This document shows positions 7,269 to 15,936 of a stretch of DNA of 32,000 bases, one piece after another (the stretch's first letter is position 1; each line of letters begins with the position of its first letter). The stretch spans positions 1 to 32,000 of the forward strand of contig JAIRQE010000016.1 in assembly GCA_031256725.1 (NCBI GenBank). Reading direction: 5' to 3'. Both the position numbers and the translations under genes were made by a program. The notes beneath the pieces were generated by a model that was given only the letters and a program-made list of their open reading frames with translations, had not been told where the DNA came from and made no database searches. Origin of the DNA: Propionibacteriaceae bacterium (GTDB lineage: Bacteria > Actinomycetota > Actinomycetes > Propionibacteriales > Propionibacteriaceae).

Positions 7269-9125
7269 ATGATTGACACACTTATTGCCGGACTCCTTCA
7301 CGGAAACATCTACGCTCTCATCGCCGTGGGGATGTCCCTGATTTTCGGCGTGACACACGTCGCCAACTTTGCTCATGGGTCCATCTTCGCCATTGGTACC
7401 ATGCTGGGTTGGTTCCTGGGAGCCCAATTGGGATGGGGGATCATCCCAACTCTTGCAGCTGTCATCGTCATCACATCACTGCTTGGCTGGATCATTTCTG
7501 TACTCGTCGTAGGCCCCCTCGCACAGGGTCCACCGATCGCTGCCCTTCTAGCCACGATAGCTGTGGCGATGATCCTCGACGCACTCTCCCAGGTGATTTT
7601 CACTCCCGTGACACGCAAATTCCCCGAATTGCTTCCCACTCACAATCTTCAACTCGGTGGAGTCCACTTTGGTACTTCCTCTGTCGTCATGCTCATCGTC
7701 ACAATAGTCTCCATGGCTGCCCTGTGGGCCTTCCTTCGTTTCGGGAAGCTAGGTCAGGCTATTCGTGCAACGGCCCAAGACTCGGATTCGGCCAAGCAGG
7801 TCGGGATTCCGGTCGAAAGGATTCGCCACCTCTCCTTCATCATCGCTTCCGGCCTTGGGGGTATGGCTGGGATCTTCATGGGATTGTTCAACTCAACGAT
7901 CAATCCTTCCACTGGTGCCATCGCTGGCCTGACCGCATTCGTGGCAGCAACAATTGGTGGATTGGGATCCATGCCCGGTGCTGTCCTTGGTGGGCTCCTT
8001 CTTGGAGTAACGGAAGCCTTTGGTGTGTACTTCCTAGGCGGCTCCTATCGTGACATCATCATCTTTGGTGCTCTGGTTCTCATCCTCCTTCTGCGTCCAG
8101 CCGGGTTGGTTGGCAAGAAACTGGCAATTGAAACAGAGCCTATGACTCGTACCTTCCTTGGAGGTACACGCCCAATCCAGTTGCCATGGTTCGGCAACCT
8201 GGCTCTCATCGCTGGCCTAGCATTCATCCCGATCCTCTTTGGCCCTCAAATGGGCTCAGTTATCGCTGGTGTTGGTACCCAGGTTTTCGCGTACGCCATC
8301 GCAGCAATCGGGTTAACCATCATTGCTGGAGGTACAGGCCAGATTATTCTCGGCCAAGCTGGTGCAGTGGCTATGGGCGCCTATGGTTCAGCACTCCTAT
8401 CGGTTCACTATGGGTGGCCCTTCCTTGTCACCATCATTGCTGGGGCACTGATCGCTGCTGTGATCTGTTCGATTTTGATCTTCCCAGCATGGAAACTTTC
8501 AGGTCATTACGTGGCTATTGCCACGATTGGTGTGGGTTTCATCACAGTGGCCTTACTCAAGGTTTTAGAGCCCATCACCCGTGGTGTCAACGGAGTCTAT
8601 GGGATTCCTTATCCGGCAATCTTCGGTCTGCAGATCACCGATATTCGGGGGATCTACTGGGTGAATCTGGTTCTGATGGGGATTACCCTATTGCTCGTCA
8701 CAAAGATCATGGCCTCCCATCTCGGGAAGACTATTTCATCGATTGGTGCCGATCCGGTTGCGGCTGCATCCTTGGGTATCCGTGTCACTGGGTACAAGGG
8801 GTTGGCTTATGCCATCTCCGCATTCTTTGCAGGTCTTGCGGGGGCTCTGCTAGCCCATCAGTACACCTACATTGAGCCAGGTCAGTTCGATTTGAATATG
8901 TCAACAGTACTTCTGGCGATCATCGTGTTGGGTGGATTGCGTTCACCATTGGGTGCTGTCCTGGGGGCGATCATACTTCTGGGGGTACCAGAATTACTGA
9001 GAACCATCTTTGAAGACATCACCTGGTTTGTCTCCATCTTCCCCCATGCGCGCATCATCGTCTATGGACTGACCCTTATCCTCATCATCCGCTTCCGCCC
9101 GCAGGGCCTCTTCCAAAGGAGCTAG
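7269..9125 (+). CDS. fused LivH-LivM type ABC permease (branched-chain amino acid transporter family)
   Basis: 618-aa polytopic membrane ORF. The first ~290 aa are LivH-like and the remainder is LivM-like, in a single continuous frame. Confidence 0.85.
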   Translation: MIDTLIAGLLHGNIYALIAVGMSLIFGVTHVANFAHGSIFAIGTMLGWFLGAQLGWGIIPTLAAVIVITSLLGWIISVLVVGPLAQGPPIAALLATIAVAMILDALSQVIFTPVTRKFPELLPTHNLQLGGVHFGTSSVVMLIVTIVSMAALWAFLRFGKLGQAIRATAQDSDSAKQVGIPVERIRHLSFIIASGLGGMAGIFMGLFNSTINPSTGAIAGLTAFVAATIGGLGSMPGAVLGGLLLGVTEAFGVYFLGGSYRDIIIFGALVLILLLRPAGLVGKKLAIETEPMTRTFLGGTRPIQLPWFGNLALIAGLAFIPILFGPQMGSVIAGVGTQVFAYAIAAIGLTIIAGGTGQIILGQAGAVAMGAYGSALLSVHYGWPFLVTIIAGALIAAVICSILIFPAWKLSGHYVAIATIGVGFITVALLKVLEPITRGVNGVYGIPYPAIFGLQITDIRGIYWVNLVLMGITLLLVTKIMASHLGKTISSIGADPVAAASLGIRVTGYKGLAYAISAFFAGLAGALLAHQYTYIEPGQFDLNMSTVLLAIIVLGGLRSPLGAVLGAIILLGVPELLRTIFEDITWFVSIFPHARIIVYGLTLILIIRFRPQGLFQRS

Positions 9126-9127
9126 TC

Positions 9128-10744
9128 ATGACCATGAACCAATACGAAGTATCTGCTCTGACAGTCACCCAACTCAGCAAGAGTTTCGGGTCCCTGAAAG
9201 CTGTTGACGACGTTTCTTTTGTGATCCAACCCGGTGAGGTGGTCTCCATCATCGGTCCTAATGGATCAGGGAAAACCACTCTCATCAACCTCATCTCAGG
9301 GCTTCTGCAACCCGATTCGGGAGCCATTGTCTTTGCAGGTCAGGATCTCACACGAGCCAATCAGGTGGGTGTGTGTGAAGCGGGCATAGGTCGTACCTTC
9401 CAAAATGGACGAGTCTTTGCAAGCATGACTGTCGATGACAACGTCGAACTTGGGCTACACAGCAAGCTGACAGCGAACCGTCCGGGTAAAAGGTTCTCCA
9501 GATTCCCTGTAGGTAACTGGGTCAACCTTCTCGCCGAGGCGGCTGTGTCCTTGATTCCCTCACCTCAAGCGAAGAAGGAGTTGGCCAAAGCTCAGGGCAA
9601 GATTGACGAGCAAATTGCCCGATTCAAGACTCGTCTCGAACCTCGACGCAACCACCTTGCGTATACACTCTCCTATGCGAACAGGCGACGTACGGAAATT
9701 GCGCGAGCCCTCGTCGCCCAGCCCAAGCTTCTCCTTCTTGATGAGCCCACCGCTGGGATGAATCAGGCCGAAACCAAGGAGGTGTTACGCCAGCTTCTCG
9801 AACTGAAGCAAGAAGGACAGTCCATGCTCCTGGTTGAGCATAAGATCGATTTGGTGTTGACCCTCTCCGATCGGGTGATCGTCATGGACTCTGGCAAGAA
9901 GATCGCTGAAGGCAAGCCCGATAGCTTGCATGAAAATCCGGTCGTCATGGAAGCCTACCTGGGTACGCGCCGTGAGGCGATCACTGTACGACCACCGCGT
10001 CCCGCTAGTGATGAACCGCTCCTTGAACTGGACAATGTCAACATCTTTTATGGGCTAGTACAAGCCCTCACCGATGTGTCGCTTACAGTAGGCAAGGGAG
10101 AAATTGTCTCCCTTCTTGGAGGAAATGCTTCAGGAAAGTCGACAACCATGAAGACAATTCTTGGTTTGCTTGAGCCCAAGACTGGCACAGTCACATTCCA
10201 GGGGAATAATCTCACGACCGCGAGTACAGCCGCCCGGGTTCGAGCGGGGATGGCATCTGTACCCGAGGCTCGACGGATCTTCCCAGAGATGACTGTTTAC
10301 GAGAACCTCATGTCGGGGGCCTATACCCGCATGGATCGACAAGGTATTCGTGAGGATCTCGACAGGGTCTTCGAGTATTTCCCCCGCCTGTGGGAGAGGA
10401 AAAACCAGGATGCTGGAACCCTCTCAGGAGGGGAACAGCAGATGCTGGCCTTTGGTCGAGCCCTGATGACGAACCCCGTACTCATCTGCATGGATGAACC
10501 CACAATGGGTTTGGCCCCCAAACTCGTCGAACAGGTACTAGAGCAGATAGCCCACCTGAGAAATGAACTTGGTGTCTCAGTTCTCATGGTTGAGCAACAA
10601 GCAGAGTTGGCGCTGTCCATCGCCGACCGTGGCTATGTTCTCAACCAAGGGGAGATCACCCTTCAAGGATCTGCCCAGACACTCCTGGATGATCCCGGAC
10701 TTAAGGAGGCTTACTTTGGTCGCCAACCCGAGTACAACATCTAG
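9128..10744 (+). CDS. fused LivG-LivF type ABC ATPase (two nucleotide-binding domains)
   Basis: 538 aa. NBD1 has Walker A GPNGSGKTT, signature LSYANRRR and Walker B LLLLDEP. NBD2 has GGNASGKST, LSGGEQQML and LICMDEP. Confidence 0.9.
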   Translation: MTMNQYEVSALTVTQLSKSFGSLKAVDDVSFVIQPGEVVSIIGPNGSGKTTLINLISGLLQPDSGAIVFAGQDLTRANQVGVCEAGIGRTFQNGRVFASMTVDDNVELGLHSKLTANRPGKRFSRFPVGNWVNLLAEAAVSLIPSPQAKKELAKAQGKIDEQIARFKTRLEPRRNHLAYTLSYANRRRTEIARALVAQPKLLLLDEPTAGMNQAETKEVLRQLLELKQEGQSMLLVEHKIDLVLTLSDRVIVMDSGKKIAEGKPDSLHENPVVMEAYLGTRREAITVRPPRPASDEPLLELDNVNIFYGLVQALTDVSLTVGKGEIVSLLGGNASGKSTTMKTILGLLEPKTGTVTFQGNNLTTASTAARVRAGMASVPEARRIFPEMTVYENLMSGAYTRMDRQGIREDLDRVFEYFPRLWERKNQDAGTLSGGEQQMLAFGRALMTNPVLICMDEPTMGLAPKLVEQVLEQIAHLRNELGVSVLMVEQQAELALSIADRGYVLNQGEITLQGSAQTLLDDPGLKEAYFGRQPEYNI

Positions 10745-10774
10745 GTTTCCTGGGGCCAAGCGGAGTACTGCTAG

Positions 10775-10870
10775 CTTGTCAACGGTGGAATTCGGGTACC
10801 TGATACCCCAGGTCTCGGAGTTGAGCTTAACGAAGATATGATCGAGAGGTACCGGGTCAACCTGGAATAG
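10775..10870 (+). pseudogene. 31-codon C-terminal relic of an enolase-superfamily (mandelate racemase/muconate lactonizing enzyme) gene
   Basis: The frame opens after an in-frame TAG (10772-10774) and reads LVNGGIRVPDTPGLGVELNEDMIERYRVNLE*. PGLG[VI]E[LV][ND]E near the C-terminus is characteristic of MR/MLE enzymes. No start codon or N-terminal body remains. Confidence 0.45.
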
Positions 10871-10953
10871 ACACAGGTCCAGTGGCGTGCACTGTCAGAC
10901 GAATCACAACGAAAATCAGTCACTTCTCGGAGATGCTAGACTGAGACTTTAAG

Positions 10954-10969
10954 TCGAACATATGTTCGA
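10954..10969. promoter_or_regulatory. LexA (SOS) box TCGAACATATGTTCGA
   Basis: Perfect match to the actinobacterial SOS box TCGAAC-N4-GTTCGA. It overlaps a candidate -10 (TATGTT 10961-10966), with a candidate -35 TAGACT at 10937-10942 (18-nt spacer). It lies 21 nt upstream of the small ORF start. Confidence 0.85.
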
Positions 10970-10990
10970 TTCTGGTGTTCCGAGGTTGCG

Positions 10991-11266
10991 ATGGAGACTG
11001 GTGATTTGGTTGCAGTGTGGGCCACTGAGACTGGTGTGCCCCAGAAGTTTGAGTGGCGTGGACACTCTTATGTGGTCTGTGGTCATCCTGTGCCATGGGT
11101 GGATCGCCTGCCGTGGTGGAGCCTTGGACAGGAGGGACCGCTGAATGCATTGGAGCAGCAGATGTGGAGGGTCTCGGGGGTGAATCCCGATACTGGTCAT
11201 GTCACCTGTGTGGATTTGGCTGTGGAAGAGCCCTCATGGTGGCGGCTGGCGAGTATTCACGAGTGA
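10991..11266 (+). CDS. small Trp-rich hypothetical protein, SOS-box controlled and coupled to dnaE2
   Basis: 91-aa ORF with GAGG 5 nt upstream of the ATG. Its TGA stop is separated by 1 nt from the dnaE2 ATG. Nine Trp in 91 residues. I recognise no family with confidence. Confidence 0.6.
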   Translation: METGDLVAVWATETGVPQKFEWRGHSYVVCGHPVPWVDRLPWWSLGQEGPLNALEQQMWRVSGVNPDTGHVTCVDLAVEEPSWWRLASIHE

Positions 11267-11267
11267 C

Positions 11268-14200
11268 ATGTCGACAGGGTTTGTGCATTTGCATGTGGCG
11301 AGTTGTTTCTCGACACATTTTGGTACTGCGTGGCCTGAGGATTTTGTCCTGGCTCAGAGCTTATCCCCGGCGGCAGCATTAACGGATCGCGATGGATTTT
11401 ATGGGGTGGTTCGCCATGTACGAACCTGTCTTGAAGTGGGGATCTCGCCCATCGTGGGGGTAGACCTATGCGTGGGTTCTCATGATCGTGTGAGGCTGGA
11501 CAGTACCCGTGGAACCCGTGCTCATAACACCTATGACGGTGGAATAGTTGGTGGCCAGATTACGGTCCTGGCCCATGGGCATGATCATGGTGTGGGGTGG
11601 GCGAGTGTTTCTCGTCTTATTTCTGCTGCCCATCATGATGGGGTCAAGAATGGGCCAGGGACGATTAACCGAGCGGCGATGGTTACCCCGGATCGAATCC
11701 CATCCCTTCTTTGTGGGGATGATGGACCCTGTGCGACCATTCTTCTTGGTCCGGAGTCTGATCTAGGACAGGCCGTCTTGGCTTCAGATGTACCACGGGC
11801 GAAAACCCTTCTCAGGGCTTGGAAATCCGCATTTCCGAATATCGTGATCGAGATCTCAAGTCATTACACGCAACCAGGGATGAGTGGGTCGATACCCCAT
11901 GCGGCCGGGATGTTTGAGATGGCTTTAGCGAGTGGTACTCCGTTTGTACTCACGAATGCTGTGCGCTATCTCCACCGCGATGATGCGATCACTGGGGATC
12001 TTCTCGATTCAGCTGGACGCCTGCAACCAATGGGGAGTTTTGATCCGCAGCCGAATGCCCAAGCCTGGCTCAAGGATGCGAAATCTATGCGACAGGTGGC
12101 TGAGGATGTGGCCAGATATGCCGGGGAGCCTGGGTTGGCGACGAGGCTTTATGAATCACCACTGCCCTTGGTGGAGCGCTGTGTTGTGGATCCGCATGAG
12201 GATTTGGGGTGGCAGCGAGCCAAGGTGCCAGAACTGGAGGTGATAGGCCTGTCAGGGGACCCTCAAAAGATCTTGGATGAGCGATGTCGAGGAGGGTTGG
12301 TACATCGGTGGCCACGTCCTAATCAGGATCTTCTGAATCAGATCACAGATCGGTTAAACACTGAACTTCGGATCATCGAGTCCTTCGGTTTCGCAACCTA
12401 TTTTCTCATGGTGGCAGATGTCGTTGATCTGATTAAAGGTCTCAAAATTAGGGTACAAGCGCGCGGTTCGGGAGCAGGGTCGCTGGTCAATTATTGCTTG
12501 GGAGTCTCGAACGTGGATCCGGTGGAGAATGATCTACTTTTCGAGCGTTTCCTTGGGCTCAAGAGGGAGACCTTGCCCGACATCGACATTGATGTGGAAT
12601 CTGCCAGGCGCCACGACGTGTACTACGCAGTCACGCGTAGGTATGGGTCCCATCGGGTGGCTCTGCTGTCGATGCAAAACCAGTACAAGACTCGTGGTGC
12701 TCTCAGGGATACTGGCCTGGCTCTGGGGTTGCCGAACGAGAAGATTGACCGTACCGCCAAATCCTTATGGAGACTCAATGTATCCGAGATATCTGAGGCA
12801 CTGAAATCTCGACCCGAGTTGGCGGAACTCGCCCGTGAAGTCGACGCTGATCCACGATTGCGGGTACTTCTCAACCAGAGTAAGCGGCTGTATCGCTTGC
12901 CGCGCTATATTGCTATGCACCCGTGTGGGGTGATCCTTTCAGACCAGCATCTGCTCAGTCTGACGCCGACCCAGCCTTCTGGGCTGGGGATTCCAATGAG
13001 CCAATTTGATAAGGATGATATTGACGACATGGGATTACTAAAGCTAGATATTTTGGGGGTACGGATGCAATCCACGATTGCCTACACCCTCGACGAGATT
13101 GAACGCCGTCACGGGGACAGGGTTGATGTGGAGACCATCGCCTTCGATGATGAACCCACTTTCGACCAGATTCGTAGTACCCACAACCTGGGGGTGTTTC
13201 AGATCGAATCCCGTGGTCAGCGTGAACTTGTCGGCACAATGCAGCCGGATTCTTTCGCTGATCTGGTGGCTGACATCTCGCTGTATCGCCCAGGGCCGAT
13301 GAAAAGCAATATGATTACTCCCTTTGTGGAGGCGAAACTGGGATTTCGTTCACCCCAATGCCTGCATCCGCGTTTTCGTCAGACTCTGGGGGACTCCTAT
13401 GGTGTGGTGATCTATCACGAACATGTGATTCGGATCCTCGCTGACTGTATGGGGATCACCTTGGGGGAAGCTGATGGGGTGCGCCGACGACTGGGGAAGC
13501 ACCACGACGATGTTGAAGTGGAGTTCCGGACTCGAGCTGCGCAACGCAGTGATGAGCATGGGCGGCGACTGTTCACTGATGCCTATATTGATCGAATCTG
13601 GGAAACCATGAAGAGTTTTGGTAGCTTCGGATTCTGTAAGGCTCATGCAGCGGCTGTTGCGGTGACCACCTATCAGTCGGCCTGGTTGAAGACCCATTAT
13701 CCGGTCGAGTTCATGGCTGGGATCATGGAACATGGTCCAGGGATGTACCCCAAGAGACTCCTACTCACCGAAGCTAAACGCATGGGGATTCCCATCTACG
13801 GGATCGACGTGAACACCTCGACTGACCATTATCGGGTTGACGAGGGGGCCCAGGGTGCGGGGATTCGGATGCCCTTCATCGAGATCAAAGGGATCTCTGG
13901 GACAGAGGTACGTCGCTTGATCGAGGGGCAACCCTATTCCTCTGTTCTTGATGTGATCCAACGTGGAAGGGTTTCGCGTGTCACGATGCAGCGGTTGGCT
14001 GGGATTGGTGGCCTCGATTCTGTGTCACGCGGCTCCTCTAGGGGTACAATCCTCGCGCAGGTACGCCATCTCACAGCTCGACCAATCGCGACACCCTGTG
14101 AAGATCAGGAGGCACTCGTGGATGAGGATGGGGTCTCAACTATCGTCTTTCCTGAGGTACCCGACGTGGATCCCCTTTCTGCAGAACTCGACATTCTCGG

Positions 14201-14579
14201 TATTGATGTCAGTGGCCATGCCCTTGATCCGTGGAGGGGACTCTTGGATGAGATTGGTGTCACCCCTGTTGATCAGCTCTTGAATCTGCGCAACAACTCT
14301 CGAGTAGTTGTCGCTGGAATCCGAGTTTCCGCCATGACCTCACCCAGCAAATCCAAGAAGCGTGTGGTCTTCATCTCCCTCGACGATGGTACAGGTGTGG
14401 CTGACTGTGCTTTCTTTGATGATGCTCAACATCGTGTTGGTCCCGACCTGTTTCGTACCCGGTTGCTCGCCGTCAAAGGGATCACCAGACGTACAGGGGC
14501 TAAGGGGATCAGCATCAATGCTACTGAAGCCTGGGATTTCACCCGTGCGGTGTCACAAGATACATCTCATGATATCTGA
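11268..14579 (+). CDS. dnaE2: error-prone DNA polymerase III alpha-type subunit DnaE2
   Basis: The ~1103-aa product starts MSTGFVHLHVASCFS (PHP domain) and has pol III alpha core blocks. Its size is typical of DnaE2, and a LexA box lies upstream. The ORF-track start at 11199 overlaps the small ORF and is rejected. Confidence 0.88.
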   Translation: MSTGFVHLHVASCFSTHFGTAWPEDFVLAQSLSPAAALTDRDGFYGVVRHVRTCLEVGISPIVGVDLCVGSHDRVRLDSTRGTRAHNTYDGGIVGGQITVLAHGHDHGVGWASVSRLISAAHHDGVKNGPGTINRAAMVTPDRIPSLLCGDDGPCATILLGPESDLGQAVLASDVPRAKTLLRAWKSAFPNIVIEISSHYTQPGMSGSIPHAAGMFEMALASGTPFVLTNAVRYLHRDDAITGDLLDSAGRLQPMGSFDPQPNAQAWLKDAKSMRQVAEDVARYAGEPGLATRLYESPLPLVERCVVDPHEDLGWQRAKVPELEVIGLSGDPQKILDERCRGGLVHRWPRPNQDLLNQITDRLNTELRIIESFGFATYFLMVADVVDLIKGLKIRVQARGSGAGSLVNYCLGVSNVDPVENDLLFERFLGLKRETLPDIDIDVESARRHDVYYAVTRRYGSHRVALLSMQNQYKTRGALRDTGLALGLPNEKIDRTAKSLWRLNVSEISEALKSRPELAELAREVDADPRLRVLLNQSKRLYRLPRYIAMHPCGVILSDQHLLSLTPTQPSGLGIPMSQFDKDDIDDMGLLKLDILGVRMQSTIAYTLDEIERRHGDRVDVETIAFDDEPTFDQIRSTHNLGVFQIESRGQRELVGTMQPDSFADLVADISLYRPGPMKSNMITPFVEAKLGFRSPQCLHPRFRQTLGDSYGVVIYHEHVIRILADCMGITLGEADGVRRRLGKHHDDVEVEFRTRAAQRSDEHGRRLFTDAYIDRIWETMKSFGSFGFCKAHAAAVAVTTYQSAWLKTHYPVEFMAGIMEHGPGMYPKRLLLTEAKRMGIPIYGIDVNTSTDHYRVDEGAQGAGIRMPFIEIKGISGTEVRRLIEGQPYSSVLDVIQRGRVSRVTMQRLAGIGGLDSVSRGSSRGTILAQVRHLTARPIATPCEDQEALVDEDGVSTIVFPEVPDVDPLSAELDILGIDVSGHALDPWRGLLDEIGVTPVDQLLNLRNNSRVVVAGIRVSAMTSPSKSKKRVVFISLDDGTGVADCAFFDDAQHRVGPDLFRTRLLAVKGITRRTGAKGISINATEAWDFTRAVSQDTSHDI

Positions 14580-14580
14580 A

Positions 14581-15936
14581 TCATGTCTGGGGTTGAACAA
14601 TGAGGGGAGTCTCATTATTGAGGAGATCCTGGACATCGCTGTTGTCGAGGTGGGGGAGGTAGGGAGCAATGGGGCCCTGAGTGGAGTAGAGGACCACTGA
14701 GGCTAGTTCGCGTCGGCGCTGAAGAAGGCCAGCGCTCACATTGATTCCCTGGATCCTATTGTGGGGAACGATGGTGACTCGTCGGGTGAAGCGGCCATTG
14801 CGAATAATGAGCGCGTAGGGGGTTGATGTGTATCCCTGGTGCTGCCAGGCCACAGGGTCAAAGAGCCGGGCTTTGGGGGAGGATTTGACGAACCCGGGAC
14901 CCGAGATCGCACCATGCATGACAGCATCAATGACCTCCCAGACCTCAGGTTTCGTGGCCTCGGGCATGATGGATGCTACAGCAAGGGACGCCATAGTTGG
15001 GTCGGCAACAGGAACAAGGAGTGTACGGGTCTCCGCTTGGAGTCCGTACCCAGCCACATTCAAGTCGATTCTCCACCAATTGGGTTTGCGCCACCACAGG
15101 CGTTGGCGTAGGCGTACCGCTTGAATTCGGTTGGCGGGAATGGATTGGTTAACCCGAGTGAGCAAGCCATGAGTGAGATGTACTCCGTCTGGATGTACGT
15201 AGCCAGTGAATCCCATCTCGGTGATGACATGCTTCCAGAACACACGGACGAGCCCATAGAAGAAGGGCAGGAGTCCAATCAACCCAGTCCAGGTTTCAAA
15301 GTAGAGCGAGAAGGCGATAGTGGCAATGATTGCTGCCAGTGTGAACCAAGGTTCCCAGGTACGAAGATAGGACTGGATCGTCCAAGAGGGTGGTACCTGA
15401 AAAAGATGGGCATTCTCGGTTGGATCCTGGTGTGCAGGAGTGGAACTGATGGTCTTACGTGAGAGGATCTCCGCCCGTACTGCTTCAGCATGGGTTGCCG
15501 TTAAATAGGCTAGTGAAAGATGGGAATCGAGACCCCCAGCGGATTCCAACTTGAGTTCTGCGAGACCGAAGATACGTGCGACAACCGGGCGTACGATGTC
15601 GATGGCTTCGAGTTGGTCAAGCCTGAGACTGCGGTGACGTCGAGAGATGATTCCAGTGTTGAGTTCCACTGATTCGCTGCCCACACGGAAACGGGCCATA
15701 CGCCACCAAATGAAGTTGTACGTCGTTGCGATGGCGACGATACCGAGGACAGCCAAGACGATGGCCCATATTCCGGTTGCTCTCCCAAATTCGAGGGCTT
15801 CACGGAAATTGTCGCGCATAGAGTTGATCATGAATCCGATAATGGCCACGATCACCAGCCAGCCGCGCAACCATGGGGTCAAGGGATGAAGGCGCTGCCA
15901 GTCACGGTCAGCGGCGAGAGGTTCTTGAGGGATCAT
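14581..15936 (-). CDS. membrane protein with repeated bacterial PH (bPH_2/YdbT-like) domains
   Basis: 451 aa with TM hairpins alternating with bPH_2-like segments (RFRVGSESVELNTGIISRRHRSLRLDQLEAIDIVRPVVARIFGLAELKLESAG). Its start overlaps the upstream gene stop (ATGA). Confidence 0.75.
   Translation of the reverse strand: MIPQEPLAADRDWQRLHPLTPWLRGWLVIVAIIGFMINSMRDNFREALEFGRATGIWAIVLAVLGIVAIATTYNFIWWRMARFRVGSESVELNTGIISRRHRSLRLDQLEAIDIVRPVVARIFGLAELKLESAGGLDSHLSLAYLTATHAEAVRAEILSRKTISSTPAHQDPTENAHLFQVPPSWTIQSYLRTWEPWFTLAAIIATIAFSLYFETWTGLIGLLPFFYGLVRVFWKHVITEMGFTGYVHPDGVHLTHGLLTRVNQSIPANRIQAVRLRQRLWWRKPNWWRIDLNVAGYGLQAETRTLLVPVADPTMASLAVASIMPEATKPEVWEVIDAVMHGAISGPGFVKSSPKARLFDPVAWQHQGYTSTPYALIIRNGRFTRRVTIVPHNRIQGINVSAGLLQRRRELASVVLYSTQGPIAPYLPHLDNSDVQDLLNNETPLIVQPQT

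Noticed and set aside
7409-8875. Two long alternative-frame ORFs (214 and 229 aa, rich in R, W, H and C) inside the permease gene
   Set aside because: They are same-strand off-frame readings of a hydrophobic membrane-protein gene. They have no RBS and an implausible composition.
11199-11267. N-terminal 23-codon extension of dnaE2 offered by the ORF track (MSPVWIWLWKSPHGGGWRVFTSD...)
   Set aside because: It overlaps the 3' end of the SD-led small ORF in another frame. The conserved PHP-domain N-terminus begins at MSTGFVHLHV (ATG 11268), right after the small ORF stop.
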